From a candidate division FCPU426 bacterium (GTDB taxonomy: Bacteria > Oederibacteriota > JAAXVQ01 > JAUVAV01): 64,000 nt of DNA. The notes under the pieces were generated by a model. It searched no databases. It had not been told where the DNA came from and saw only the letters and a program-made list of their open reading frames with translations. The stretch spans positions 1,180,878 to 1,244,877 of the forward strand of contig JBFLYH010000001.1 in NCBI GenBank assembly GCA_040756875.1, read 5' to 3'. How positions within the stretch are numbered: position 1 is the stretch's first letter; every line of letters begins with the position of its first letter. This document shows positions 1 through 9,576 of this stretch, piece by piece. Both the position numbers and the translations under genes were made by a program.

Positions 1-1
1 G

Positions 2-439
2 CTCCCGCCGTCGAGCCGGAAAGCCCTGGTGTTCGGATCCGAGCAGGCCGGCCTGACCAATGAAGAGTTGTTTCTCTGCGACGCGGCCAGCACCATTCCG
101 GTCACCGAACAAGGCAGCCTGAACCTGGCCCAGGCCGTGGTGGTCTACTGCTACGAATGGTTCACCGCCTCCCGCCAGGCCCGGCCCCTGCCCTATACGC
201 CGGAACGTCCGGCCACGCACGAGGAAAAGCAGCGGATTTACGATCTACTGTCCTCCCTGCTGCTGGCGGCGGACTACCAGCCGCGCAGCCGCTTCCCCGA
301 ATTCCTCCGCCGCGTGAAGCTGCTGTTTGAAAACCGGCTCCTGACCCACCGCGAGCAGAGGATCCTGCTCAAAGTCCTGCGTTATCTGGAAAAAGGGATT
401 GCGGTGAAGCCCCCCGGGCGAAGCCCGGGGCACCACTAA
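2..439 (+). CDS. TrmJ/LasT-family SPOUT RNA methyltransferase (5' truncated by window edge)
   Basis: ALVFGSEQAGLTNEEL and SLNLAQAV SPOUT motifs, followed by a TrmJ-type helical C-terminal domain. Confidence 0.85.
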   Translation, partial: LPPSSRKALVFGSEQAGLTNEELFLCDAASTIPVTEQGSLNLAQAVVVYCYEWFTASRQARPLPYTPERPATHEEKQRIYDLLSSLLLAADYQPRSRFPEFLRRVKLLFENRLLTHREQRILLKVLRYLEKGIAVKPPGRSPGHH

Positions 440-535
440 ACGTCCTCGCAGCGCCGGTTAAGTCGCCAGGCGACATCCCGCAACGCTTGATGACGATTTT
501 ATTCCCAAGCATGCCCGGAGTCTTGAGCGTTGCGG

Positions 536-574
536 AAAAAAAATAGCCGGGATATTCCGCGGAATATCCCGGCT
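536..574 (-). terminator. Rho-independent terminator of the glgP-SOR transcript
   Basis: Perfect 30-bp palindrome AGCCGGGATATTCCGCGGAATATCCCGGCT (545-574), followed by a T8 run on the minus strand, 17 nt after the SOR stop. Confidence 0.85.
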
Positions 575-591
575 GCGCTTTTCTCGCCTGC

Positions 592-1023
592 TCAGACCTT
601 GATTTCAGCCATCCAGCTCCCGTGGATATTGCAATGCTCGATCACGGTCAGGGTGCCGTGCTGGTCGGACTTCAAATGCACGCCGACGGCGGCCTGCAGG
701 TTCGCGCTGTAGATCTGGTACCGCGCCTGCAGTTTTTTGTCCAGGTACACGTCAATCCACTGGATCCAGTGGTCGCTCTGCATGGGGTGCGGCACGGAGC
801 CGACCTTGATCTGGATGTCCCGGCAGATGCCCGGCATCAGGCCGCAATGGTCGTAGGCCGTGATGACCGGCACGTGCTTCTCCTTGCCTTCCTTCGAGGC
901 CGGGTGAACGGCTTCGGCGTCCTCGTTGAACTTCTCGCGCGGGGAAAAGCAGACCGGGCAAATATCCGGCGCCGACCCGAACTCGATATGGCCGCATACG
1001 GTGCACACAAACATTTTTTCCAT
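592..1023 (-). CDS. Superoxide reductase (desulfoferrodoxin family) with N-terminal rubredoxin-like domain
   Basis: N-terminal CTVCG...CPVC; SOR ligand motifs EKHVP, HPM, HWIQW, CNIHG; AGGAGGG RBS. Confidence 0.88.
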   Translation of the reverse strand: MEKMFVCTVCGHIEFGSAPDICPVCFSPREKFNEDAEAVHPASKEGKEKHVPVITAYDHCGLMPGICRDIQIKVGSVPHPMQSDHWIQWIDVYLDKKLQARYQIYSANLQAAVGVHLKSDQHGTLTVIEHCNIHGSWMAEIKV

Positions 1024-1068
1024 CTTTCCTACCCTCCTTGGTTGATTCCCCTCCTGGCTTTCAGACGA

Positions 1069-3627
1069 TCAGTCTTCCCAGGTAATCAAATTGGTCTCGA
1101 AGGGCTGGGCCATTTCCGGATGGTTGGGCCTCACCCGCACGGTAAAGGCATGGTTGCCCGTGGCGCCGCACGGCACCACGCCCTGGTAAAGGGCGCGCCC
1201 GCCCTTGATATCGCCTTCGGGCTGCATGGGCGCCACTTCGGCGGCGTACAGGTTCTGCTTGCTGTCCAGCAGGCCGTACCGGATTTCCACCCGCACGTCC
1301 TCGGGTGACAGCGAACCCAGTTTCACGGTGGCCCGCACAGGCAGATGGGAACCGACCGGAAGCTCCCGAGCGGTTTCCGCCTCCACCTTTTCGACCTTGA
1401 GCTGGTCCCAGGCCGCGGCCACCTTGGCTTTCCAGGCCGCGACCTGCTTGGCCAGCTGGCAGTTGTCGCCGCGCAGGCGGACCAAGCGCTCCACGCCCGG
1501 AATATAAAAGCGGTCCGTGTATTCCATGATCATGCGGTTGGTGTTGAAGACCGGGCCCAGGCTGGTCATGGAGCGCTTCATCAGCCGGGTCCAGTTTTCC
1601 GGGACATTGTCCGGCCCCCGGTCGTAGAACAGGGGGATGATCTCGTTTTCCAGGATCTGGTAAAACGCCGCGCTCTCTACGGTGTCTTGGTACTCGGTGT
1701 TGGTGTATTCCTCCCCGCGGCCGATGGCCCAGCCGTTCTTGCCGTTGTAGCCCTCGTCCCACCAGCCGTCGAGGATGGAGCAGTTGATGCCGCCGTTGAA
1801 AATAACCTTCATCCCCGAAGTGCCCGAAGCTTCCATGGGCCGCCGGGGATTGTTCAGCCACACGTCCACGCCCTGCACCAGATAGTGGGCGCAATTGAGG
1901 TCATAATCCTCCAGGAAAACCAGCCGCCGCCTCAGTTCGGGCCGGCGGGCCAGCCGGATGACTTCCTGGATCAGGCGTTTCCCCGGTTCGTCGTGGGGGT
2001 GCGCCTTGCCGGCGAAAATGATCTGGAACGGCCGGTGCCGGTCGGTCATCAGTTTGATCAGGCGCTCGATGTCGCTGAAGATCAAGGTGGCCCGTTTGTA
2101 GGTGGCGAAGCGGCGCGCGAACCCGAAGGTGAGGCTTTCGGGATCCAGGACCTGGGAGGCCATTTCCACTTCCTCCTGCGAGGCCCCGCGGTCGATCAAC
2201 TGCTGGTGCAGCTTGCGGCGCACGTAGGCCACCAGGCGCTCGCGCCGGCGCTCGTGGGTGCGCCAGAGTTCGGCCGACGGGATGTCGCCGATGCGCTCCC
2301 AGATCTTCTGGTCTCCCGGTTCCTCCACCCAGCGGGGGCCGAGATAACGGTCGAAGAGTTCGGACATTTCCATAGAGATCCAGGAATTGACGTGCACGCC
2401 GTTGGTGATGTGGTTGATGGGGATTTCCTCGACCGGCAGCTTGGGCCAGAGGTTCTGCCACATTTTGCGGGACACGCGGCCGTGCAGCCTGGCCACGCCG
2501 TTGGTGGTGGCCGACAGCTTCAGCGCCAGGATGGCCATGGAGAAAAATTCACTGCCGTCCCCCGGATTGACCCGCCCCAGGCCGAGGAAGTCCTGCATGG
2601 AGATTCCCAGCCTGGCGCCCAAGGGGGCGAGATAGCGTTCGATCATGTCCGGCCCGAACACGTCGATTCCGGCCGGCACCGGCGTATGGGTGGTGAAGGT
2701 ATTGCTGGCCTGGACGACTTCGCGGGCTTCAGCGAAGCTCAGGTGGTCGGTCTGCATATGATAGGCGATACGCTCCACGCCCAGGAAAGCCGAGTGGCCT
2801 TCGTTCATGTGCGTGGCGCAGGGCAGCAGGTTCAGTTTGTCCAGGGCCCGCACGCCGCCCACGCCCAGGATGATTTCCTGCTGCAGCCGCAATTCGCGGT
2901 CCCCGCCGTAGAGCTGGGCCGTAATGGCGCGGTCCTCGGGCCGGTTTTGGGCCAGATTGGTGCTCAACAGGTAAAGGGGAATGCGGCCGACCTGCACTTT
3001 CCAGATCTGCACCAGGACTTTGCGCCCCGGAAATTCCACCTCCACCAGCAGCGGGCGCTGGTCCTTGTCCCGCACCATGGTCAGGGGCATGTTGAAAAAA
3101 TCGTTTTCCGCGTACCGTTCCTGCTGCCAGCCGTCCTGGGTCAAATACTGGCGGAAGTAGCCCTGATGATACGCCAGCCCCACGCCCACCAACGGCACGC
3201 CCAGGTCGCTGGAGGATTTCAGGTGGTCGCCGGCCAGCACGCCCAGGCCGCCGGAATAAATCGGCAGGCCTTCGCTCACGCCGAATTCCGCCGAAAAATA
3301 AGCGACCTGGAACGGTTGTTCCTTGGTCCAGCGGTTTTGGAACCAGGTTTTCCTGGCCATGTATCCGTAGAAATTAGCCATTACGCGGTTCAAATGGAAG
3401 AGGAAGCCCTCGTCCTTGGCCAGTTCCTGCAGGCGTTCCTGCGAAACCAGGCTGAAAAATCTGATGGGATTGTGCCCGCTGGCGGTCCAGAGGTCGGGAT
3501 TGATATGGCGGAAAATGCTGAATGCATCCGCGTTCCACCCCCACCAGTAATTGTATGCCAGTTCCCGCAAAGGCAGGAGCTCGTCAGGAAAGGTGGGGAT
3601 GACATTGAAGGTGTGGACGTATTTCAT
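1069..3627 (-). CDS. glgP: Alpha-glucan (glycogen) phosphorylase
   Basis: YFSAEFG, YSGGLGVLAGD, HMNEGH, FARRFATYKR and the PLP-lysine motif EASGTSGMK. Confidence 0.95.
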   Translation of the reverse strand: MKYVHTFNVIPTFPDELLPLRELAYNYWWGWNADAFSIFRHINPDLWTASGHNPIRFFSLVSQERLQELAKDEGFLFHLNRVMANFYGYMARKTWFQNRWTKEQPFQVAYFSAEFGVSEGLPIYSGGLGVLAGDHLKSSSDLGVPLVGVGLAYHQGYFRQYLTQDGWQQERYAENDFFNMPLTMVRDKDQRPLLVEVEFPGRKVLVQIWKVQVGRIPLYLLSTNLAQNRPEDRAITAQLYGGDRELRLQQEIILGVGGVRALDKLNLLPCATHMNEGHSAFLGVERIAYHMQTDHLSFAEAREVVQASNTFTTHTPVPAGIDVFGPDMIERYLAPLGARLGISMQDFLGLGRVNPGDGSEFFSMAILALKLSATTNGVARLHGRVSRKMWQNLWPKLPVEEIPINHITNGVHVNSWISMEMSELFDRYLGPRWVEEPGDQKIWERIGDIPSAELWRTHERRRERLVAYVRRKLHQQLIDRGASQEEVEMASQVLDPESLTFGFARRFATYKRATLIFSDIERLIKLMTDRHRPFQIIFAGKAHPHDEPGKRLIQEVIRLARRPELRRRLVFLEDYDLNCAHYLVQGVDVWLNNPRRPMEASGTSGMKVIFNGGINCSILDGWWDEGYNGKNGWAIGRGEEYTNTEYQDTVESAAFYQILENEIIPLFYDRGPDNVPENWTRLMKRSMTSLGPVFNTNRMIMEYTDRFYIPGVERLVRLRGDNCQLAKQVAAWKAKVAAAWDQLKVEKVEAETARELPVGSHLPVRATVKLGSLSPEDVRVEIRYGLLDSKQNLYAAEVAPMQPEGDIKGGRALYQGVVPCGATGNHAFTVRVRPNHPEMAQPFETNLITWED

Positions 3628-3800
3628 GGCTGCTCCTCCGATTGGTTAACGTATTGTACGGAATGGCTCCGAGTAGCGCAAGGTCATTTCTGCGTTATTC
3701 ACCGACCGATTTCTATAATAGGATAAGCGAAACGACCGTGCACAGGCTGGACCGCCCCCCGGCGCATCCGTTATTTAGCATCGGCCGGTTCGAGGTTAAA

Positions 3801-3829
3801 TTGACAATAAAAGGCCTTTTCCTTAGAAT
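3801..3829 (+). promoter_or_regulatory. Sigma70-type promoter for the ychF-like gene
   Basis: TTGACA-17 bp-TAGAAT; the spacer contains the palindrome AAAAGGCCTTTT (3809-3820). Confidence 0.75.
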
Positions 3830-3878
3830 ATGAAGCCAATTCTTTTAATCTTATCAGGCAGCAAGAAAAGAGGCACTC

Positions 3879-4928
3879 ATGGACGTCGGTTTGGTAGGCG
3901 CACAAGCATGCGGTAAAACCACACTGTTTGAATTACTGAGCAGTACCCACGGCGCTTTCCTGTCGCCTGATAAAGCCAATACCGCCACGGTGGACGTGCC
4001 GGACGAACGCGTGGACCAGTTGAGCGCGCTGTTTAAACCGCCCAAAATCACCTATGCGAAAATCACCTTTACGGACATCAACCACCTGTCCCCGGGTGAC
4101 CGCGAAAACAACAACCAGGCCCTGGGCCACCTCAAGCTGATGGACGCCCTGGCCGTGGTGGTCAATGGGTTCGGCCCGGGGCGCAACGGCGCGGGCATGA
4201 AAGCGGAGCTGGAGTTCTGCCTGTCGGAGATGATTTTTTCGGATTTGGAACAGGTGGAACGCAAACTGCAGCGCCTGCAAAAAAGCAAGCCGGCAACCAT
4301 CGCCGGCAGGCCGGAAGCCGAGGTTTTCCAGGAATTGGCCGATACCCTGGGCGCCGGAAAGCGCCTGGCCGGCCTGAATTACCCCGCAGACCTGTTCAAG
4401 GAGCTCCAGTCCTACAGCTTCCTCACGCTCAAACCCCTGTTCGTGGTCATCAACCTGTCCGAAGAACAGGGCCTGAAGGGCCCCCAGGGCCTGGACGATT
4501 TCCTGGCCGACATTTCGGCCCAGGGCTTGGCCGGGGTGCGCGTTTTCGCCAAACTGGAGAAAGACCTGCAGGAGCTTCCGCCCGAAGAGCGCGCGTCTTT
4601 TGCCGCGGAATACCAGCTGCCGCTCGACGGCAAAAACCTCTTCATCCAGCAGGCCTACGCCACGGCCGGGTTCATGAGTTTCCTGACCGCGGGCGACACC
4701 GAAGTCCGGGCCTGGACCGTGCGCCAGGGCTGCCCCATCCGCGAGGCGGCCGGCGTGATCCACAAGGATTTGATGAACTTTTTCGTGCGGGCCGAAGTGA
4801 TCCACTACCAGAAGCTGCTGGAGTGCGGATCAGAGCACGAGGCGGTCAAGCGCGGCTGGATGCGGTCCGAGAAAAAGGAATACGCGCTCCAGGACGGCGA
4901 CGTGGTGCACATCCTGGCGAGCAAGTAA
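3879..4928 (+). CDS. ychF: YchF/OLA1-family ATPase, divergent (DUF933/TGS C-terminus)
   Basis: P-loop GAQACGKTT, VDVPDERVD, FLTLKP, FLTAGDTEVRAW, AAGVIH, EKKEYALQDGDV. The G3 motif is atypical. Confidence 0.8.
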   Translation: MDVGLVGAQACGKTTLFELLSSTHGAFLSPDKANTATVDVPDERVDQLSALFKPPKITYAKITFTDINHLSPGDRENNNQALGHLKLMDALAVVVNGFGPGRNGAGMKAELEFCLSEMIFSDLEQVERKLQRLQKSKPATIAGRPEAEVFQELADTLGAGKRLAGLNYPADLFKELQSYSFLTLKPLFVVINLSEEQGLKGPQGLDDFLADISAQGLAGVRVFAKLEKDLQELPPEERASFAAEYQLPLDGKNLFIQQAYATAGFMSFLTAGDTEVRAWTVRQGCPIREAAGVIHKDLMNFFVRAEVIHYQKLLECGSEHEAVKRGWMRSEKKEYALQDGDVVHILASK

Positions 4929-4979
4929 ACCGTTCAACCTTTTCCCACCCTGGAGCCCATTGGGTGTCCCCGCGAGGCG

Positions 4980-6044
4980 CTACTCCTTTTCCAATTCCCG
5001 GCTGAACGCGACCAGGCGGTCCAGTTTTTCCCGGACCTTGCCCGAGCGGATCAATTCCCGCGCCCGCTCCGCGCCGGCCTTGAAATCCCTTTCCATCCCA
5101 GCCACCACCAGCACGGCCGCGGCGTTCATGAGCACGGCGTCCAGCTTGGGCCCGGGTTCGCCCGCGAACACGGATTTGAGGATCGCGGCGTTTTGGTCGG
5201 CATCGCCGCCGTGCAGGTCCTCGGGGTTGGCTGTCTTCAAGCCGAAGTCCGCCGGCGAGACCATGTAGGTTTTCACCTCGCGGCCGGTCCACTCGGCCAC
5301 CGTGCTCGGGCCGGTGAGGGACAATTCATCCAGCGTGCCGTGGCCGTGCACCACCATGGCCCGCTTGAGGCCCAGCTGGCCCAGCACCCGGGCCATGGTC
5401 TCGGTCAATTTGGCCTCGTACACCCCGAGCACCTGGACATTGGCGTGCGCCGGATTGGTCAACGGGCCGAGCAGGTTGAAGACCGTCCGCAATCCCAGCT
5501 CGCGCCGGGGCCCGCCGGCGTGCTTCATGGCCAGGTGGAAGGCCGGCGCGAACAGGAAACCGATCCCCACTTCTTCGATGCAGCGTTTGACCTGGGCCGG
5601 CGTCAGTTTCAGGCTCACGCCCAGGCGTTCCAGCACGTCCGCGCTGCCGCAGCGCGAGGACACCGCCCGGTTGCCGTGCTTGGCCACGGTAAAGCCCGCG
5701 GCCGCGGCCACGAAGGCCACGGCCGTGGAAATGTTGAAGGTCTGGCCCTGGTCCCCGCCGGTCCCGCAGGTGTCCACGATGAGTTCCTCGGCCTGGTTTT
5801 GACCGTCGCTTTCCACGGCCACGGTTTTGCCGCGCACCTCGAGCGGCGCGGCGAGCGCGCGCATGGCCAGGGCGCAGCCCGTGATTTCATCCACGGTTTC
5901 GCCCTTCATGCGCAGGGCGGTGATAAACGCGCCGATCTGCGCGGGCGTGGCTTCCCCGCCCATAATGAACTCCATCACCCGTCGGGCCTCGTCCTGGGAC
6001 AGATCCTGCCGGTTGACCACTTTAGCCAATGCCGCCTGAATCAC
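4980..6044 (-). CDS. trpD: Anthranilate phosphoribosyltransferase
   Basis: DTCGTGGD, TFNIST, KHGNRAVSSRCGSAD, RTVFNLLGPLTNP. Confidence 0.95.
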   Translation of the reverse strand: MIQAALAKVVNRQDLSQDEARRVMEFIMGGEATPAQIGAFITALRMKGETVDEITGCALAMRALAAPLEVRGKTVAVESDGQNQAEELIVDTCGTGGDQGQTFNISTAVAFVAAAAGFTVAKHGNRAVSSRCGSADVLERLGVSLKLTPAQVKRCIEEVGIGFLFAPAFHLAMKHAGGPRRELGLRTVFNLLGPLTNPAHANVQVLGVYEAKLTETMARVLGQLGLKRAMVVHGHGTLDELSLTGPSTVAEWTGREVKTYMVSPADFGLKTANPEDLHGGDADQNAAILKSVFAGEPGPKLDAVLMNAAAVLVVAGMERDFKAGAERARELIRSGKVREKLDRLVAFSRELEKE

Positions 6045-6091
6045 ATTGCACCTCCGTCTGAAACTGCGGCCACGGAGCCGCGCCGGTTCGA

Positions 6092-6120
6092 ATTATACCA
6101 GCGCCCGCCTTCCGGGGCAA
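6092..6120 (-). promoter_or_regulatory. Sigma70-type promoter for trpD
   Basis: Minus strand TTGCCC-17 bp-TATAAT with a TG extended -10. Confidence 0.7.
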
Positions 6121-6192
6121 AACCAAACTGGCCTTCCCCGGACTTCCGGCCCGGGTCCGCGTTGCTCCGGCCGCATAACAATCAAAATCCAA

Positions 6193-6221
6193 TTGCCGCT
6201 TTACGGCCTTTGAGCTAAGAT
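6193..6221 (+). promoter_or_regulatory. Sigma70-type promoter for the PAP2 gene
   Basis: TTGCCG-17 bp-TAAGAT, followed by a GGAGG RBS. Confidence 0.6.
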
Positions 6222-6245
6222 CGTTCTATTCGGAGGAACCAATCC

Positions 6246-8015
6246 ATGCCGCGCTGGAAAAATTTCCTGCATCCCGAGGTTTGGGGGGGACTGGCGATCC
6301 TGCTGGCCCTGTCGCTGCCCTTCCTGTTCAGCAACGCGGACCTTACCCTGGCCGGGCTTTTTTACCACGACGGCTGGAGCCTGGGCGACCGCCAGCCCTG
6401 GGCGGCCTTATACACGTACGGCACCTGGCCGGGGCTGGCCTTGTCCGCCGTCGCCCTGGTCGTCTTCTTCGGTTCCTGGATTTGGCCCCGCTGGCAGCCC
6501 AAACGCCGCGCCGCCGCCTTGGTGGTCCTGACGCTGCTGATTGCGCCCGGTCTGCTCATCAACGCGCTGGGCAAGGATTTCTGGGGACGGCCCAGGCCCC
6601 GGGACGTGCAGGCCTTCCAGGGCAATCAGGCTTTCCACCGTTTCGTCCATCCGGCCGGGCCCGGCCAGGGCGAGTCCTTCCCCTGCGGCCACGCTTCGGT
6701 GGGATTCCTTTTCGCCAGCCTTTATTTTGTCTCCCGGCGGCGCACTTTGCGCTGGGGCGCCCTGGGACTGGGGCTGGGATACGGTTCGCTGATGGGGCTG
6801 GCGCGCATGGCCCAGGGCGCGCATTTCGCCTCGGACGTGCTGTGGTCCGGAGGAGTGACGTATCTGACCGCCGCCGTATTGCACCATGTGGTGCTGCCGC
6901 CGGCGCCGGACCCCTCGGCGCCTGCGCCTGCGTCCCCGCCCGCGGCTCCCGGTCAGAAGCTCCTGGGCTGGACCCTGCTCGCGGTTTCCCTCTCCTTGCT
7001 GACCGCCTTCTTCCTGCTGGCTTCGCCCTTCCATAAAACCTGGTCGGGAAGCGTCGAGGGTTCGCCGGACCTGACGGCCGTGCACATCGTTCTGCCCGGC
7101 GGGACGGAGGAAATCCGCCTGGACCACGCCGAACAGGGGCCGGCCGTGACCGCCAAAATCGAAATGCGCGGCTTCGGCTTCCCTAAACTGGATTTGGTCG
7201 GCGGATTCATGGAATCGGTCCAGGGGACCACCCTGACCGCGACCCTGAATGTGCGCTTCAACCGCATCACCACCGAACGGACCGGGCGGATCGACATCCG
7301 CGTGCGGAGTTCCCTGGCCGCGGGTCTGGAAACCAAGGGCGACTCGCCCGACATCCGCCTGGGCGCGCACTCCTCGCCCGGATACTGGGAAGACCTGCGG
7401 ATCGCCACGAGCCGCGGCAACATCGGGTTTTGGATCCACCCCGGCGCGCGGGTCAGCGGGCCGGTGTGGCTGCAGAGCCAGAAGGGCGACATCAAGGTCC
7501 AACTGGAGGATTTGCTGGATCCGGGTAGGCCGGAATGGGAGCTGGGGTCCGAGCAGGGCTCGGTGCTGGTCACCGCCGTCCAGAAGCAAGCCACCCTGCT
7601 GCCGCTCAAGCTGCGGGCGTGGACCCGGACCGGCGCCGCGGTCTTCGACGGCACCATCAGCCCGGCCTGCGGCCTGGACCTGCGCTGGGACGAAGGCGAC
7701 GGCCGTTCCAGCCTGTCGGCCAAAGGCATTTGGCACCAGGAGGGCAACCAGTTCATCGGCCCGGCCGGGATGGGGCTGCCGCACTTCCGCATTTATCTGG
7801 CGGCTTCCACCGGCTTGCTGGGGGTGAAACTGAACCAAGGCGAGGGCGAAGCCGTGGAAGCCTGGCCCACGCCGACCGTGACGCCCACGCCGTGGCGGGG
7901 CGACCACGCGGGCATGATGGAGATCGAGCTCGAACCCACGCCTACGCCCCAGCCGGCCAGGTGGATCGAGCGGGAATTGATGGACCTGCCGACCGGAAAC
8001 CAGCAGAACCCCTGA
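6246..8015 (+). CDS. PAP2-family membrane phosphatase fused to a long beta-rich C-terminal domain
   Basis: PAP2 motifs KDFWGRPRP, SFPCGH and RMAQGAHFASDV among TM helices; an extra TM is followed by about 320 aa of soluble domain. Confidence 0.8.
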   Translation: MPRWKNFLHPEVWGGLAILLALSLPFLFSNADLTLAGLFYHDGWSLGDRQPWAALYTYGTWPGLALSAVALVVFFGSWIWPRWQPKRRAAALVVLTLLIAPGLLINALGKDFWGRPRPRDVQAFQGNQAFHRFVHPAGPGQGESFPCGHASVGFLFASLYFVSRRRTLRWGALGLGLGYGSLMGLARMAQGAHFASDVLWSGGVTYLTAAVLHHVVLPPAPDPSAPAPASPPAAPGQKLLGWTLLAVSLSLLTAFFLLASPFHKTWSGSVEGSPDLTAVHIVLPGGTEEIRLDHAEQGPAVTAKIEMRGFGFPKLDLVGGFMESVQGTTLTATLNVRFNRITTERTGRIDIRVRSSLAAGLETKGDSPDIRLGAHSSPGYWEDLRIATSRGNIGFWIHPGARVSGPVWLQSQKGDIKVQLEDLLDPGRPEWELGSEQGSVLVTAVQKQATLLPLKLRAWTRTGAAVFDGTISPACGLDLRWDEGDGRSSLSAKGIWHQEGNQFIGPAGMGLPHFRIYLAASTGLLGVKLNQGEGEAVEAWPTPTVTPTPWRGDHAGMMEIELEPTPTPQPARWIERELMDLPTGNQQNP

Positions 8016-8096
8016 GTCACGCCGAAAGCGAACCGCCCCGCAATAGCCGCGTGCGCCTGGCCACAGGCATGACGCGGGTCAACGCGCAACCCGGAT

Positions 8097-9470
8097 TCAG
8101 ATCAGATGAGGCAGGAGCCGCGTCGCCAGTGAAAGCACGATCAGGAAGCCCATCAAATCCGTGATGGTCGTCAGGATCGGCCCCGAAGCGATCGCCGGGT
8201 CGAGATTGAAGCGCTTGATCAGCAGCGGCAGGCCGCTGCCCATGCAGACCGAGATGATGGTGTTGAGCCACAGGCTCACGGCTACGACCACGCCCAGCCA
8301 GGGCAGACCTTTCCACAAATAGGAAACCAACCCGATTTCCGCACCCAAGACGAGGCCGTTGATGAAGCCGATGCGGGCCTCCTTGCCGATGACCCGCCAC
8401 AATTCCTGGGGGCTGGTGCGGTTCAAGGCCAGATCGCGGATGGACACGGCCACGGCCTGCATGCCCGAGACGCCGCTCATGTCCGAAATGATGGGAAGAA
8501 ACACCGCCAGGGCGATGACCGCTTTCAGCGTATCGGTATAAAAAGCGATGACCGAGGCGGCGATCAGGTTCAGCACGATGTTCAGCGAGAGCCAGGTGAT
8601 CCGTCGGCGCACGATTTTCAACACGGGCAGGGCCCGGGTCTCGTCCGTGTCCAGGCCCTGCATTTTCAGCATCTCTTCGGTGGCGATTTCGCGGGTGAGG
8701 TCCACCAGGCTGTCGGCGGTGATGACGCCCAGCAGGCGCTGTTGATCGTCCACCACGGGCAGGGCCAGGTAGCGGTGCCGGTGAAACCGGCGCGCCACTT
8801 CCTCCTTGCTGGCGCTGTGATGCACGAACTGCACCTGGCTGAGCTTGAGGTCGGCCAGCGGCTGCTCCGGCCGGCGGGTCACCAAGTCGCGCAGCTGCAG
8901 CACGCCGGTCAGGGCGCCGGTCCGGTCGACGGTGTACACGTAAGCCGCGCTTCCCTCCTTGAGGCGGCGCAGCTGGGTCCGCAGGCTGCGCAGCGCCTGC
9001 CGGACCGTGAGCGATTCCCTCAGGGCGACGAATTCCGTGGCCATCAATCCGCCGGCGCTGTCTTCGGCAAAGGCGATCAGCCGCCTGGCTTTGGCGGCCT
9101 GGCGCGGCGACCAGGTGGCGAGAATGGCGTCGGTCTTCGCCTGCGGCAGGTCGCCCAGCACGTCGGCGGCTTCGTCCGAGGCCATTTCCCGGACGATGCC
9201 CGAGGCCACTTCGGGCTCCAGGGCTCCGACCACCCGGGCTTTGTCGCGCTCGGTCAGCTGTTCGACGATGTCCGCCGCGGTTTCGCGGTTGAGGATCTCG
9301 AGCAAGGCCAGGCGGTCGGCCTCTTCCAGGCGGGCGACCAGGCGCGCGGCGTCCACGGGATGCAGGGCGGAGACCGCGGCGGACACCGCGGCTTCCTCTC
9401 CGTTTCGCAACTGGCGGGTGACGCTCGCGACCAGCTCGGTGTTAGCGCTAGTGTCTATGCTATCGGCCAT
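8097..9470 (-). CDS. mgtE: Magnesium transporter MgtE
   Basis: MgtE N-domain, CBS pair (SAGGLMATEF, YVYTVD), TM region with DPAIASGPILTTITD. Confidence 0.93.
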   Translation of the reverse strand: MADSIDTSANTELVASVTRQLRNGEEAAVSAAVSALHPVDAARLVARLEEADRLALLEILNRETAADIVEQLTERDKARVVGALEPEVASGIVREMASDEAADVLGDLPQAKTDAILATWSPRQAAKARRLIAFAEDSAGGLMATEFVALRESLTVRQALRSLRTQLRRLKEGSAAYVYTVDRTGALTGVLQLRDLVTRRPEQPLADLKLSQVQFVHHSASKEEVARRFHRHRYLALPVVDDQQRLLGVITADSLVDLTREIATEEMLKMQGLDTDETRALPVLKIVRRRITWLSLNIVLNLIAASVIAFYTDTLKAVIALAVFLPIISDMSGVSGMQAVAVSIRDLALNRTSPQELWRVIGKEARIGFINGLVLGAEIGLVSYLWKGLPWLGVVVAVSLWLNTIISVCMGSGLPLLIKRFNLDPAIASGPILTTITDLMGFLIVLSLATRLLPHLI

Positions 9471-9549
9471 TACTTTCCTCGTCGGTTCATCAGGGCTGAC
9501 CCCGAAAAAGCCGCTCTTTTTCGGGGTGCCAGGCTGCCAGAGGACTATT

Positions 9550-9576
9550 ATTTTAAACTGTTCGGCAGCCTGTCAA
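9550..9576 (-). promoter_or_regulatory. Possible promoter upstream of mgtE
   Basis: Minus strand TTGACA then TAAAAT at 15 bp spacing (or AATAAT at 18 bp); the spacing is suboptimal. Confidence 0.4.

Noticed and set aside
1345-3726. Long antisense and alternate-frame ORFs (793 aa here; also 12441-14213, 24394-26199, 43049-44929, 57471-59291 and others)
   Set aside because: They shadow well-supported genes, lack recognisable motifs, and are expected in high-GC DNA.
9470-9500. Hammerhead-like CTGATGA...GAAA on the minus strand before mgtE
   Set aside because: The intervening bases cannot form stem II, and the GAAA is part of the RBS region.
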